Of a stretch of DNA of 64,000 nucleotides, positions 25,476 to 37,497 are shown one piece after another (position 1 is the stretch's first letter; each line of letters begins with the position of its first letter). The position numbers and the translations under genes are program-made. The notes under the pieces were generated by a model that was not told the origin of the DNA, searched no databases, and was given only the letters and a program-made list of their open reading frames with translations. The DNA is from the human T2T-CHM13v2.0 reference genome, Homo sapiens. The stretch lies in the NCBI RefSeq assembly GCF_009914755.1, contig NC_060928.1; one strand, given 5' to 3'.

Positions 25476-27135
25476 TTTCAATAATTAAATAAGAAGTCCA
25501 AAAAAATTGATTTCTCCCTTAATAAACACATTGATACCTAATAGACACATGTTAATTTAAAACCGGAAAATATCTTCATTTCTTTCACGAAACTTTTTTT
25601 GTCTACTGTCTTTTTGTAGTATCCATAGCTTACCCATTGGATAATGCAACACTAGGGGATGAGAACTATAAGAACTCCTTGCTATATTGTGTTAATTTGG
25701 AGCTGCCCTTACCAAAAAAGGGCTGGAAGAGAAACCATCTAATAGAGACAGAAGAAAAAGTACGTGCAGTATAGAAACACACTAAAGAACAAGGAACGTT
25801 GAGGAAACTACGAAATATGTAGACACAAATTACAAGGTGAAGAAGTAGCACAGAAATAGATAATTTAGCACTGAGTATAATAAGGAGTCAATGAAGAACA
25901 TAAAAACTCCATATTCAGATATGAACATCAGAAGGCCCCTCTGAACTGAAGGATTCTTCTAGGAGAGTAAGTAAGAACAATTGCAGTTATACATGATATA
26001 ATGAGAGTAAAGTAGTAAAGGCTAAACTAAGACAACAGCAGAGAGAAGATAAATAAGAAACATGAAAGAGAGCAAGGATGATGAATCAACAAGTCTTGAA
26101 GTTTGCCTAAAATTAGAAGCCAAGTAAGGAGATCACAGCCAATATATGGCTTGGTTGAGTGGATAGATTCTGTCCCTTCAATGGTGAAGAAAAAGAGGCA
26201 AAGGGCTGTGGCAATGTTGGGACTTACCTTACGGGTATCTTTCTCTCAAGGATTATCCTCTGGTCCTGACAGTTGTCCAAAACCTAAAATCAGAGCCTCA
26301 AACTATGTTCAAGATTATGGCTGCTCATATGGCAGGAGGACTCGTTTTCTACTAGTGAGCCTATTGTATGAGAAAGCAGTAATCCCCAATCACCAACTTT
26401 TTCATCACAAATAATAAAATTTATTAGTAGAACAGTTTGAAAAGATGGAAGGTACACTTTTATCAGGTTAAAGGAATAAACAAGCAGCAAGCCTTTTACA
26501 AGACAGTTTTCAGACATATAGAGTGTAAAACATTCTTATATTGATTCTCAAAATAGAAAACATGTATCTGAAATAGGTTTTATCTTTGTATAAATATTAT
26601 GTCCAACTTGAATATTATCAGTGCTAGGACTACTAATTAGTATACATGGACTTAAAATACTTTTCATTATTGTGTAGCTCTCTCTCATGTTTTGACAAAG
26701 TATATCTGACTATGTATATGTAACATATGTGTATACATTTATACACTGTTTTTGACCTCATCTGGGCATAGCATGTTCTGTCTTCCAATAGTCCACTCTA
26801 TGTTTATATTCTTGCTAACCAAATTAAATAAAAACACATGCTGCCATCACTCTTCACAAAGTAATGTTCTGATCCAACTAAGAAAATACCATGTATATTG
26901 AAATATACCTTTATTTACTTCTGGATTAGGAGAAATAACAAACAAGAAGATAAAATTATAACTTTTTAAATTTTTCTTAAGAATCATTTAAGATGCTAAT
27001 AGTCATTTTAGATAATTCTAAGTATGCAAACACTGCGCATTTTGAACTTCTGCATTTGAACTCAAACAGTGTACCACAAAGAATTTAGCGATGAAAAAAG
27101 CAGAATGACAAAAGCCTCAGGACTTTTATACATGG

Positions 27136-27495
27136 TGATATGGTTTGACTGTGTCTTCACCAAAATCTCATCTTGAATTGTAGCTCCCATCATTCCCATG
27201 TGTCGTGGGAGGGACCCAGTGAGAGGTAATCTAATCGTGGTAGAGGGTGTTTCTCATACTGTTCTCATGATAGTGAATAAGTCTCACAAGATCTGATGAT
27301 TTTATAAGGGGTAGTTCCCTTGCAATGCTCTCTCTTGCCTGCCGTCATATAAGATGTATCTTGCTTCCCCTTCACTTTTCCCCGTGACTGTGAGGTCTCC
27401 CCAGGCATGTGGAACTCAGTCAGTTAAACCTCCCCTTTATAAATTACCCAGTCTGGAGTATGTCTTTATTAGCAACGTGAGAACAGACTAATACA
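27136..27495 (+). mobile_element. THE1B/C solo LTR
   Basis: 'tgatatggtttgactgtgtc...aaattacccagtc...gagaacagactaataca'. No clear TSD. Confidence 0.92.
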
Positions 27496-27682
27496 AATAT
27501 ATTATACTAATACATACTAGTATATAAACTCCCTAGATTCATATTCAGTAAGAGTTTAAGCATGATTTAGGAGACTGAATTTAAGTATCATATGGTGTCT
27601 TAGAGATTCATTAATTACCATTTAATCACTGAAGCTTAATTTCCTTATTTTTAAAATGAGAATGATATTTGTAGTCATAGCT

Positions 27683-28133
27683 ATATTAGCTTCCTGTGGC
27701 TGCCTTAACAAAGTACCAAAACCTTCTTAGCTTATTTTAAGCAGAACTTTATTCTCTCACAGTTACGGAGATTAGAAGTTTGAAATCAAGGTATTGGCGT
27801 GCTCCTACTGAGGTCTAGGGCAAAATTCTTCCCTGCCTCTTCCAGCTTATGGTAGTTCCAGGCATTCTGTGGCTTATGGCTGCAAACCTCCGTTCTCTGC
27901 TTCCATCTGCATGGCCTTGTATTCTCTTTGTCCCTCTGCTTTTCTCTGATTAAAACACGTGCCATGGGATTTAGGACTCACCTAAATGCAGGATGATCTC
28001 ATCTAGAGTTCAGTATTTTAATTATATTGGCAAAGACCTCCCCCTCCCCCAACTTAGTTTATATTTATAGATTCTGGTTGTGTGTATGTTTTCTAAGGGG
28101 GCAAGAATAAGAGTAAAAATTCAATGCAATACA
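27683..28133 (-). mobile_element. MLT1B/C MaLR LTR
   Basis: 'tattagcttcctgtggctgccttaacaaagtacca...tttattctctcacagtt...gaaatcaagg...ggatgatctcatc'. Confidence 0.8.
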
Positions 28134-28965
28134 ATGTCATACAGGTAATGCAGAAGTGGCTTAGAGTTGTAAAATTATAATACGTCAACCATAGAAGAAC
28201 TGTATTCTGTGTTTTCAGTATTTGACCAGATGAACTACAAGATTTTCTAAATTCTGAGAATTTTTGTTTTCATATTTTCCTCTTCTCCTTTTTCATCTTC
28301 AATTATATTTCTAGTATTAGAATGCTCTGAAATCTTCCACAGCAGTCATTTCTTGTACAGTGTTTGACATTAAGTTAATAAGATAAATAATGTTACTTAC
28401 ATAGAGTTTAGTACATGCTAGGCTCTTAATAAGTAATAACTATTATTTTATTATTATTGGACTTCTGTGTGCAAAGAAGAATAGTATCTAAAGAGTTCTG
28501 ACTCAGTACGTTATTTAAATCCCTTGCAATGACTTAAATCAATGATATAATACATAACTTAAAAAATCCTTCTATTTATTCTAAATTCTTCTCACAATTA
28601 TCAAAAAATCTTTATTAGAAGTTTGCTCCGTGGAAGATATTCTACTGAGCTAATTTACAAAGATAACTAAAAATAATCTGAAAGTTTCATAGATTCTAAT
28701 AAGTGGGAAAGAGTAGCTTATTCCTTGCAGAGTCAGTGTTTGACAATTAATACAAACAAAGTTAGTAAAAAAAACCTGAAAATACAAATGAGAATAATAA
28801 AACTAAGACACAGAACAATTTTATAGTAGAAAAATAGCCTATTAGACCTGCTAACCAAAAAAAATGCATTTAATAATTGAGCTTAAATTCTAGATGTAAT
28901 ATTTTCAGCTGAAATAAAATTGGATTAATCAATTTTAATCTTAATTTTTAAAAATCTATAAAAAC

Positions 28966-29910
28966 CCAGTAATGGGATGGCTGGGTCAAATGGTATTTCT
29001 AGCTCTAGATCCTTGAGGAATCGCCACACTGTCTTCCACAATGGTTGAACTAGTTTACAGTCCCACCAAGAGTGTAAAAGTGTTCCTATTTCTTCACATC
29101 CTCTCCAGCACCTGTTGTTTCCTGACTTTTTAATGATCACCATTCTAACTGGAATGAGATGGTATCTCACTGTGGTTTTGATTTGCATTTCTCTGATGGC
29201 CAGTAATGATGAGCATTTTTTCATGTGCTTGTTGACTGAATAAATGTCTTCTTTTGAGAAGTGTCTGTTCATATCCTTTGCCCACTTTTTGATGGAGTTG
29301 TTTGATTTTTTTCTTGTAAATGTGTTTAAGTTCTTCACAGATTCCGGATATTAGCCCTTTGTCAGATGGGTAGATTATAAAAATTTTCTCCCATTCTGGA
29401 TTATAAATCATGCTGCTATAAAGATACATGCACATGTATGTTTATTGCGACACTATTCACAATTGCAAAGACCTGGAACCAACCCAAATGTGCATCAATG
29501 ATAGACTGGATTAAGAAAATGTGGCACATATACACCATGGAATACTATGCAGCCATAAAAAAGGATGAGTTCACGTCCTTTTTAGGGACATGGATGAAGC
29601 TGGAAACCATCATTCTGAGCAAACCATCACAAGGACAGAAAACCAAACACCGTATGTTCTCACTCATAGGTGGGAATTGAACAATGAGAACACTTGGACA
29701 CGGGGTGGGGAACATCACACACCGGGGCCTATTGTGGGGTGGGGGGGGGGGGAGGGGGGAGGGATAGCATTAGGAGATACACCTAATGTAAATGACTGTA
29801 AATGACGAGTTAATGGGTGCAGCACACCAACATGGCACATGTATACATATGTAGCAAACCTTCACGTTGTGCACATGTACCCTAGAACTGAAAGTATAAT
29901 AATAATTGAA
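28966..29910 (+). mobile_element. 5'-inverted L1PA insertion (28966-29398 inverted; 29398-29910 sense)
   Basis: Perfect 16-bp TSD aaaaatctataaaaac at 28950-28965 and 29911-29926. ORF2 C-terminal peptides appear on both strands (ORFs 28925-29338 minus, 29438-29680 plus). Confidence 0.95.
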
Positions 29911-30356
29911 AAAAATCTATAAAAACATTGAGGGGACACATGAGAAAATTTGAATTAGATTATGTATTAGATGACATTATAGATTTATTGTTAATTTTCC
30001 TAGAAGTTGTCATGTTGGTGAATTTTTAGGTGACAGGCTGAAAAATTTAAGAGTGAATTGTCATGGTGTTAATGAGCTATTTCAAAGTGATTCAGATATG
30101 AGTGCATATGTGTATTTATATGTTTGTACGAGTATGTATAAAACAACTATTGACCAATGCTAACACATTTAAATTGAAGGTGGAGAGCAAATGGGCATTG
30201 GTTGAACATTTGTGTAATTTTCTATATATTCTAATATAAATATATATTATGAAAAATATAAAAAATAAATCAAAGACTTCAATATTATTTCTAATAATTA
30301 TTAATGTATCTCATTGCTTAAAACAGTGAGTGGGACACAGTAGGTGCTCAGTAAAT

Positions 30357-30648
30357 TTTTTTTTTTTTGAGACCCAGTCTTGCTCTGTCGCCCAGGCTGG
30401 AGTGCAGCGGCAGTCTCGGCTAACTGCAAGCTCCGCCTCCCGAGTCCACGCCATTCTCCTGCCTCAGCCTCCCAAGTAGCTGGGACTACAAGTGCCCACC
30501 CCCACGCCCTGCTAATTTTTTTGTATTTTTAGTAGAGATGGGGTTTCACTGTGTTAGCCAGAATGGTCTCGATCTCCTGACCTCATGATCTGCCCGCCTC
30601 AGCCTCCCAAAGTGCTGGGATTACAGGCGTGAGCCACCACCCCCGGCT
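30357..30648 (-). mobile_element. AluY inserted in an L2 3' end
   Basis: Y diagnostics 'ctgcaagctccgcctcc' and 'cacgccattctcc'; TSD ggtgctcagtaaat at 30343-30356 and 30649-30662. Confidence 0.95.
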
Positions 30649-30829
30649 GGTGCTCAGTAAATATTTAATGAATGCAAAAATTACTGAATTAATAAAATAG
30701 TTATCATAATCCTTTCATGTTTGTAACTGGGAAAATAAGTAATTATTGAAATAAAATATATCATTATATAAGTTATAACAGAGATAAGGTTTAAAAATAC
30801 AAGCGTATTTTACTATACATATAAAATTG

Positions 30830-31158
30830 GGCCAGGCGCGGTGGCTCACACCTATAATCCCAGCAGTTTGGGAGGCCGAGGCGGGCAGATCATGAGGTCA
30901 GGAGATCGAGAGCATCCTGGCTAACACGGTGAAACGCCGTCTCTACTAAAAATACAAAAAAAAAAAAAAATTTAGCTTGGCGCGGTGGCGGGAGCCTGTA
31001 GTCCCAGCTACTCAGGAGGCTGAGGCAGGAGAATGGCGTGAACCCGGGAGCAGAGGTTGCAGTGAGCTGAGATCGGGCCACTGCTCTCCAGCCTGGGGGA
31101 CAGAGCAGGACTCCATCTCAAAAAAATAAATAAATAAATAAAAATAAAAATAAAATAA
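30830..31158 (+). mobile_element. AluY
   Basis: 'gagatcgag..catcctggctaacacggtgaaac' and 'gaatggcgtgaacccggg'; TSD ataaaattg at 30821-30829 and 31159-31167. Confidence 0.95.
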
Positions 31159-31239
31159 ATAAAATTGATCTATAGTTTATGATAAATTTCATTATTAGTG
31201 ATCATTACAACAAGTTATTTTATTTCTATTTTTATTATT

Positions 31240-31375
31240 TGGTCTTCACAAAAATCCTCTGATATTTTAGATTCACTCCTTACATTTGAAGAAACTCAGG
31301 TACAAAAAAATTAAATAACTTGGCTTAAAACCACTGAACTAGTAAGTGGCAGATCTAAGATTGAACCAAACATTT
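31240..31375 (-). mobile_element. MIR fragment
   Basis: 'gaagaaactcagg...ttaaataacttggcttaaaaccac...ctagtaagtggcaga'. Confidence 0.65.
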
Positions 31376-32314
31376 TTTACTGTAACTAGTGTTCATTTTA
31401 TCAAATCATGCTGCTTCTTTCTAATGTATATGCTGTTAATTAGGAAACCAGGCAAATTCAGCTCTCAAACAATACTTGACTTGAAACTGAAAGAAAAAAA
31501 ATATTTTTTTAAATTTTTGACAGGGGAAATGTGTTTGAGTATTTAAGATATAAAACACTATTTAGCTGTGGTTCCTGTGCTCTAGTAGTCAGTGTCAACA
31601 GAGTCTACAATTTTTTTACCCATTTGCCTCATTTGACTGACAGTAATTGTGTCTGCTAAAGCTTAGAAATATTACATCACTGTAAGGTACCCTCTCATTT
31701 CACTTTATTTGTAGTCTCCTCCTGCTGCTCTAGATGATGGAAGTTAACAGGAATATTTTGTTCTTTTACATGTAATTTTTACTTTCAATCGATTGAAATT
31801 TATTTATGGAAATTAATAACATTTATCAGGACACTATTGTAAGTGTACAATTAGCAATATAATGAATGAGTCTTTTAAAACCTGGACTGGAAAATAATAT
31901 AATTCTTTTGAAAAGCTCATATACAAATTGTATCGCATGATACAGATTAGAGAACTGTAGCTACAAGGGAAGACAATATGGGACATGTTAAAGATGAATG
32001 GGTTTCCTCTCACCAAGTCAACATAATTTGTTGATTTACAGTCATAAAATGTCAGAGTGCTAGACTATAGATATTTTTTTCTTCTGTGAACATGTAGATG
32101 ACTATATTTTATATAGCACTGAATAAGCTCATTGTCCTCTGGCTCTTTCACATTTAGATGGCAACATCAAATGGACCACTTTTCAGAATTACTTTCTGCC
32201 GTCAACTTCTGGTACTCATCAATCTAAAAAGTAACAGCTTAACCATGTCTACTGAAGGTTAAAGGTCTCAGACTCCAGTCAAAGGCCTTATATAATTTTT
32301 GCCCCATATATGTC

Positions 32315-34218
32315 TATTTTTGAAGTGTCTCTTATGTTCTTTGCCCACTTTTTAATGGGGTCGTTTTTCTCTTGTAAATATGTTTAAGTTCCTTATAGAG
32401 TCTGTATTTTAGGCCTCGGTTAGGTGCATAGTTTGCAACTATTTTCTCCTATTCTGTAGTTTTTTCTATTTATTTTGTTGATGGATTATTTTTCTATGTA
32501 GAAACTCTTTAGTTTAATTAGATCTCCTTTGTCAATTTTTGTTTCTGTTGTAGTTGCTTTTAGCATATTCATCATGAAATATTTGTCAACTCCTGTTTCC
32601 GGGATAGAATTGCCTAGGTTTTATTCCAGGCTTTTTATAGTTTGGGGTTTTACATTTAAGTCTTCATTCCATTTTGAATTGATTTTTGTAAATGGTGTAA
32701 GGAAGAGATCCAGTTTCAGTCTTCTGCATATGGCTAGCCAGTTATCCCAGCACCATTTATTTAATAGGGAGTCTTCCACATTAGTTGTTTTTGTCAAGTT
32801 TGTCAAATATCAGATGGTTGTGGGTGTGCAGTATCTTTTCTGGACTCTCTATTCTGTTCCATTGGTCTGTGTGTCTATTTGGGTACCAGTATCAGGCTAT
32901 TTTGTTAGCCTTGTAGTATAGTTTGTAGCCTTACAGTATAGTTTGAAGTCAAGTAATGTGATGTCTCAAGCTCTGTGTTTTTGCTTAAGATTGTCTTGGC
33001 TATTAGGGCTCTTTACTAGTTCTATATGAATTTTAAAATAGTTTGTTCTAATTCAGTGAAGAATATCAAAAATAGTTTGGTAGGAATAGCATTGAATCTA
33101 TTAACTACTTTGGGCAATATGGCCATTTTGACAATATTGATTCTTCCCATCCATGAACATGTGTTGTTCTTCCATTTGTTTGCATCATCTTTCATTTCTT
33201 TGAGCAGTGTTTTATAATTCTCATTGCAGAGGTGTTTTACCTCCCTGGTTCACTATATTCCTAGGTATTTCATTCTTTTTGTGGCTATAGTGAATGGGAT
33301 TGTGTTCTTGATTTGGCTGTCAGCTTGGATGTTGATGTTGTATAAAAACACTAATGATTTTGTAAATTGATTTTATATACTGAAACTTTTCTGAAGTTGT
33401 TTATTATATCAAGGAGCTTTGGGGCAAAGAGTAAGGGTTTTCTATGTATAGAATCATATTGCCTGCAAACAGGAATACTTTTACTTCCTCTCTCCCTATG
33501 TAGATGTCTTTTCTTTCTTTCTCTTGCCTGATTGCTTTGGCCAGGACTTCCAATACTATATTGAATAGAAGTGGTGAGAAAGAACACTTTTGTCTTGCTT
33601 CAGTTTTCAAGGGGAATGTTTCAAGCTTTTGTCCATTCAGCATGATATTGGCTGTGCATTTGTCAAAGATGGCTCTTATTATTTTGAAGTATGTTTCTTC
33701 AATGCCTGGTTTGTTGAGAAGTTTTAACATGAAGAGATGTTTAATTTTATTGAAATACTTCTCTGCATCTATTGAAATAATCATGTTGTTTTTGTTTATA
33801 GTTCTGTCTATGTAATGAATCACATTAATTTATTTGCATATGTTGAACCAAACTTTCATCCCAGGGATAAAACCTATTTGATCATAGTAGACTAATTTTC
33901 TGCTTTATTTGGTTGGCTTATATTTGTTGAGAATTTTTGCATTTATGTTCATCAAGGATATTGACCTGAAGTTTCCTTTTTCTGTTGTGTCTCTGAAAGG
34001 TTTTGATATCAGGATGCTGCTGGCCTCATAGAATGACTTAGGAAGAAGACCTTCCTCCTCAATTTTTTGAAACAGTTTCTTTAGGAGTAGTGCCATCTCC
34101 TCTTTATACATCTGGTAGAATTTAGCTGTGACTCTGTCTGGTCATGGGCTTTTTTTGCTTGGCAGTCTTTTTATTATTAATTAAATTTTGGAGCTCATTA
34201 TTGGTCTGTTCAGGGATT
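32315..34218 (-). mobile_element. L1 ORF2 internal fragment (reverse-transcriptase region), disrupted
   Basis: ORF 33404-33823 '[14 protein letters not shown]...[26 protein letters not shown]...[13 protein letters not shown]' matches L1 RT motifs, with the FADD catalytic motif degraded to FAGN. Confidence 0.93.
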
Positions 34219-36976
34219 ATACTACCTAAGCGGACTTTACAGTATTTAGGAGAAACAAAGTAGTTTAGCAATATAACTAATAGTGATCAAGGTAATACAT
34301 TTTATAATCTTGTATTTATCCTCTTAAATATAAATGTCACCAAACAAAATGGTATTTGTTGAATTAATACTGAAAGTTTGAGGTTATTGTGCAACCAAGT
34401 CATAAGAACAGGCCTTCTTTTCAACAGTGTGTTACCAGTTAAGCAGTTAAAAACAGCAACAAAACAAAAACAACAACATTTTATTCCTAAAGAATACTTT
34501 GAAAATAATAAAATAGCATCTGAAGATGTTAGTGTAAACTCTTAAAATTTTGAGGATTATTATATCTTAAAAACTTATGTTCAAGGAAATGAATGGATAA
34601 ATTGTGCTTTAAATTGACTACTTTTACTTATCATTTGTTTTTTACATAACACAACACACATAAAAGGAAAATCACTGTTTTTGGGCCTCATTGTTTATAT
34701 AACAGAGGATTTTTGCCTATTTATTGTTAGCATCTCCCAATACTGCAAGAACATTTTTGTTGAAACTTCTCTAGTAATATTTCTAATTGTTTGAAAAACA
34801 TATTCAAAATCAATACAGAGACAATGCTAGTATTTGAAATATTTTACTTCTTAAGGAATGAAGTAAGAGAATAAAAATATCTCTCTCCAGAAATTAATGT
34901 TTTGGCCTTGATTTGAGAGCTAAATTCAAAAATCCATACACCTGAATAAGATATACAAAAAAGCTATATTATTTAGCTGCATAACGTTTTTGAGATTTAA
35001 AAATAACATCTGTGCAATAACAGCTTCATTTTGCTGGTTCAATTCACTGTGCACACCTATTTGCATATTCCTTCATGTTAAAATTCAAAAAGAGTGACTC
35101 TGAATGAATGCTAAATGTGTGCTGTATAGGTTCCATTATTGAGAACATAATTACCATATACAGTGCCTTGCCCAGTTAATAATGCAGGAAAACTAAATGA
35201 CAGGCCTGCAGTGAGAAGGTGGTCACAGCTTTAATGACTGCATTCAAGAGGTTTCATAAATCTCCACTCAAATAAAAGACTAACTCCTGGAAGAAAATGT
35301 CATTAAAGTTGGGAAGTACTAACACAATTGATTATAAATGGATTGAACCAGAATATTCATAAACAATCCCTTTTAGTATTTTTTATCTTGATATTTCAGA
35401 GAGATATATATTACATTATATGCTCCATAACTCAGAAAAAGAAGATGAAGTGCAAACCCAATTTTCATTTCAAATTTAGTATATCTCACTTCTCCCTCTC
35501 TCATTTTATCTTTCTATGCACACACACATATATCTATATGTATCTACACATAGATATTTATATCACTACATAACATATATGTGTAGATATATACATGCAT
35601 TGCTTTGTGATTTTTTCTTTTATATAAGCAGAATGATACTTGAATAAGACTTCCTGTTAAAAAATTACCATTTTTTTATTTAGTATAATTTTTAGAATGA
35701 TGAAAGGCATATGTATAACTCTGCCCCTGAAATGAATATAAGCATTCAAATTCTCAGAAAAATTATGTGCATGAATTTGTAGATGCAGATGTCTGGTAAT
35801 TAAGGTGCTGTAATTGCCTTACAATTAACTTTCCATTTAATGATAGAGAAGATATAGGCTTTCTATCACAAATAATACAGCCTTTTTTTAATGGATAATG
35901 TGTCTTTAGATTTTCTGAATGGAATCCTCTACAAGTCAAGAGTTCAGTTCAGAAAACAGCAACCACTCTAGGCATTTTTAAACATGAAGAAATTAAGTGC
36001 AGGAAACTGTGCTGACCAGAGCATTGTCGGAGTTAAAAGGCTGAAAGAACAGTTTTGAAGCTGGTTCTACTGGAATAATACCCAGACCTAAAAAGGAAAT
36101 ATGCCAGAAACAAGAGCCCCTGTCTTTGCCAAAACAGACTAACATTCCAGAGGCTGGAAAATGTGCTCTTGGTGCTGCAATACAGGGATAAACCATCAGA
36201 TCAAGATGCTGCACCTCTTCTGCTTATCAACACCTGTGGATTGTACCCTTCAACCCTACTGTAGGGGACCCTCACACTTCTTGAGTATCAATTGCCATTA
36301 GCAACCACAGGAAGATGGTTTGTGCTTAACTCTTGCCTTTCAAATTTTGCTGCCTGTCATCCAAAAGGTGGATCAATTTTACATTCAGGAGCTTTGTTAA
36401 AAGGGCATCTTGAAAAAGTAGTTTTTAAGTTTCAAATCTGTGATAAAGGAGGGTTAATATAAGATAAAGTATTGGGAAGCTAATGTGAGTTACATATAGC
36501 AAGGATATCCCCACATGGAAATACAATATGCTTAAAATATGATGAAACAGCACACTATATTAATATTTACTCCATAAAAACAAATACATCTCAAATTCTC
36601 AAAGTATCTCTGTTCTGGCAAGCAGAACAATTATTTTGGTAGAGTGTATTTTTTAAAAAAGAAATTGAAGGAATTTTGCAAAGGTAAGTTAAAATAGGTG
36701 ACAACCCAAAGATATCAACATACTGTCAGAATTTGATCCAAATTCAGTGTGTTTTTATTGAGATCAGTAGTGACTGATAATCATGTGAAAATTAAAAGTT
36801 GAGACCACTTGTGATTAAGATCATTTCCCAAATGCTTCACCTCATTAAACTTAGAAGGCAATGACATTCATGGCAGGATGGGGTGGGGCATTTTTACTAG
36901 ATGTTTACTACACAACAGCACAATATGCTAATTGAAGAAAAAATCTAAATCTTTCCATGGTAATCATTTTATTTCT

Positions 36977-37497
36977 TTATTAGTGTTCTACTGCTGTTAT
37001 AAACACTTTTCAGAAACTTACTGGCTTAAGAAAACAAAAATCTCTTCTTTTAGATTAGTTTTGTTTGTTAGAGGTCCAATATGGTTTCACTGGACCATAT
37101 GAAGATAAAATGAAGGCAAAATGAATGTAGGGCTGACTTCCTCTTCTGGGACTCTATGGGAGAATCGGGTTCCTTATGGTTTTCAGCTTCTAGAAGCCTC
37201 TAGAATTCCTTGATCCCCTTTCTCCTTCTCAAAATGCAACAGTTTTGCATTTCATCCTGCCTTTTTTTTTTCTTTTTTCTGTAGTTAACAGATCTCTTGT
37301 CTCTGTTCTGTCTGCGTCTTTCACTTTTAAAGATCCTTGTGATTCCGTTGATGTCACTTGGGTAATCCAACACAATGGCCCCATCTAAAGGTGTGTACCC
37401 ATAATCACATCTGCAACATTCCTTTTGCCATGTAAAGAACCATAATTAGCTTCTGGAAATTAGGACACATTTTTGGGGTCAGTTATTCTGCCTACAA
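36977..37497 (-). mobile_element. MLT1D/E MaLR LTR
   Basis: 'ttttcagcttctagaagc', 'ccttgtgatt...gggtaatcca' and 'aatcacatctgcaa...ccttttgccatgtaa'. Confidence 0.75.

Noticed and set aside
32906-32945. 20-bp tandem duplication in L1 (tagcctt..agtatagtttg x2)
   Set aside because: A common local duplication with no functional implication.
33404-33823. Reverse-transcriptase ORF as a possible novel RT system
   Set aside because: Ordinary decayed L1 ORF2 with frameshifts and a destroyed catalytic motif (FAGN).
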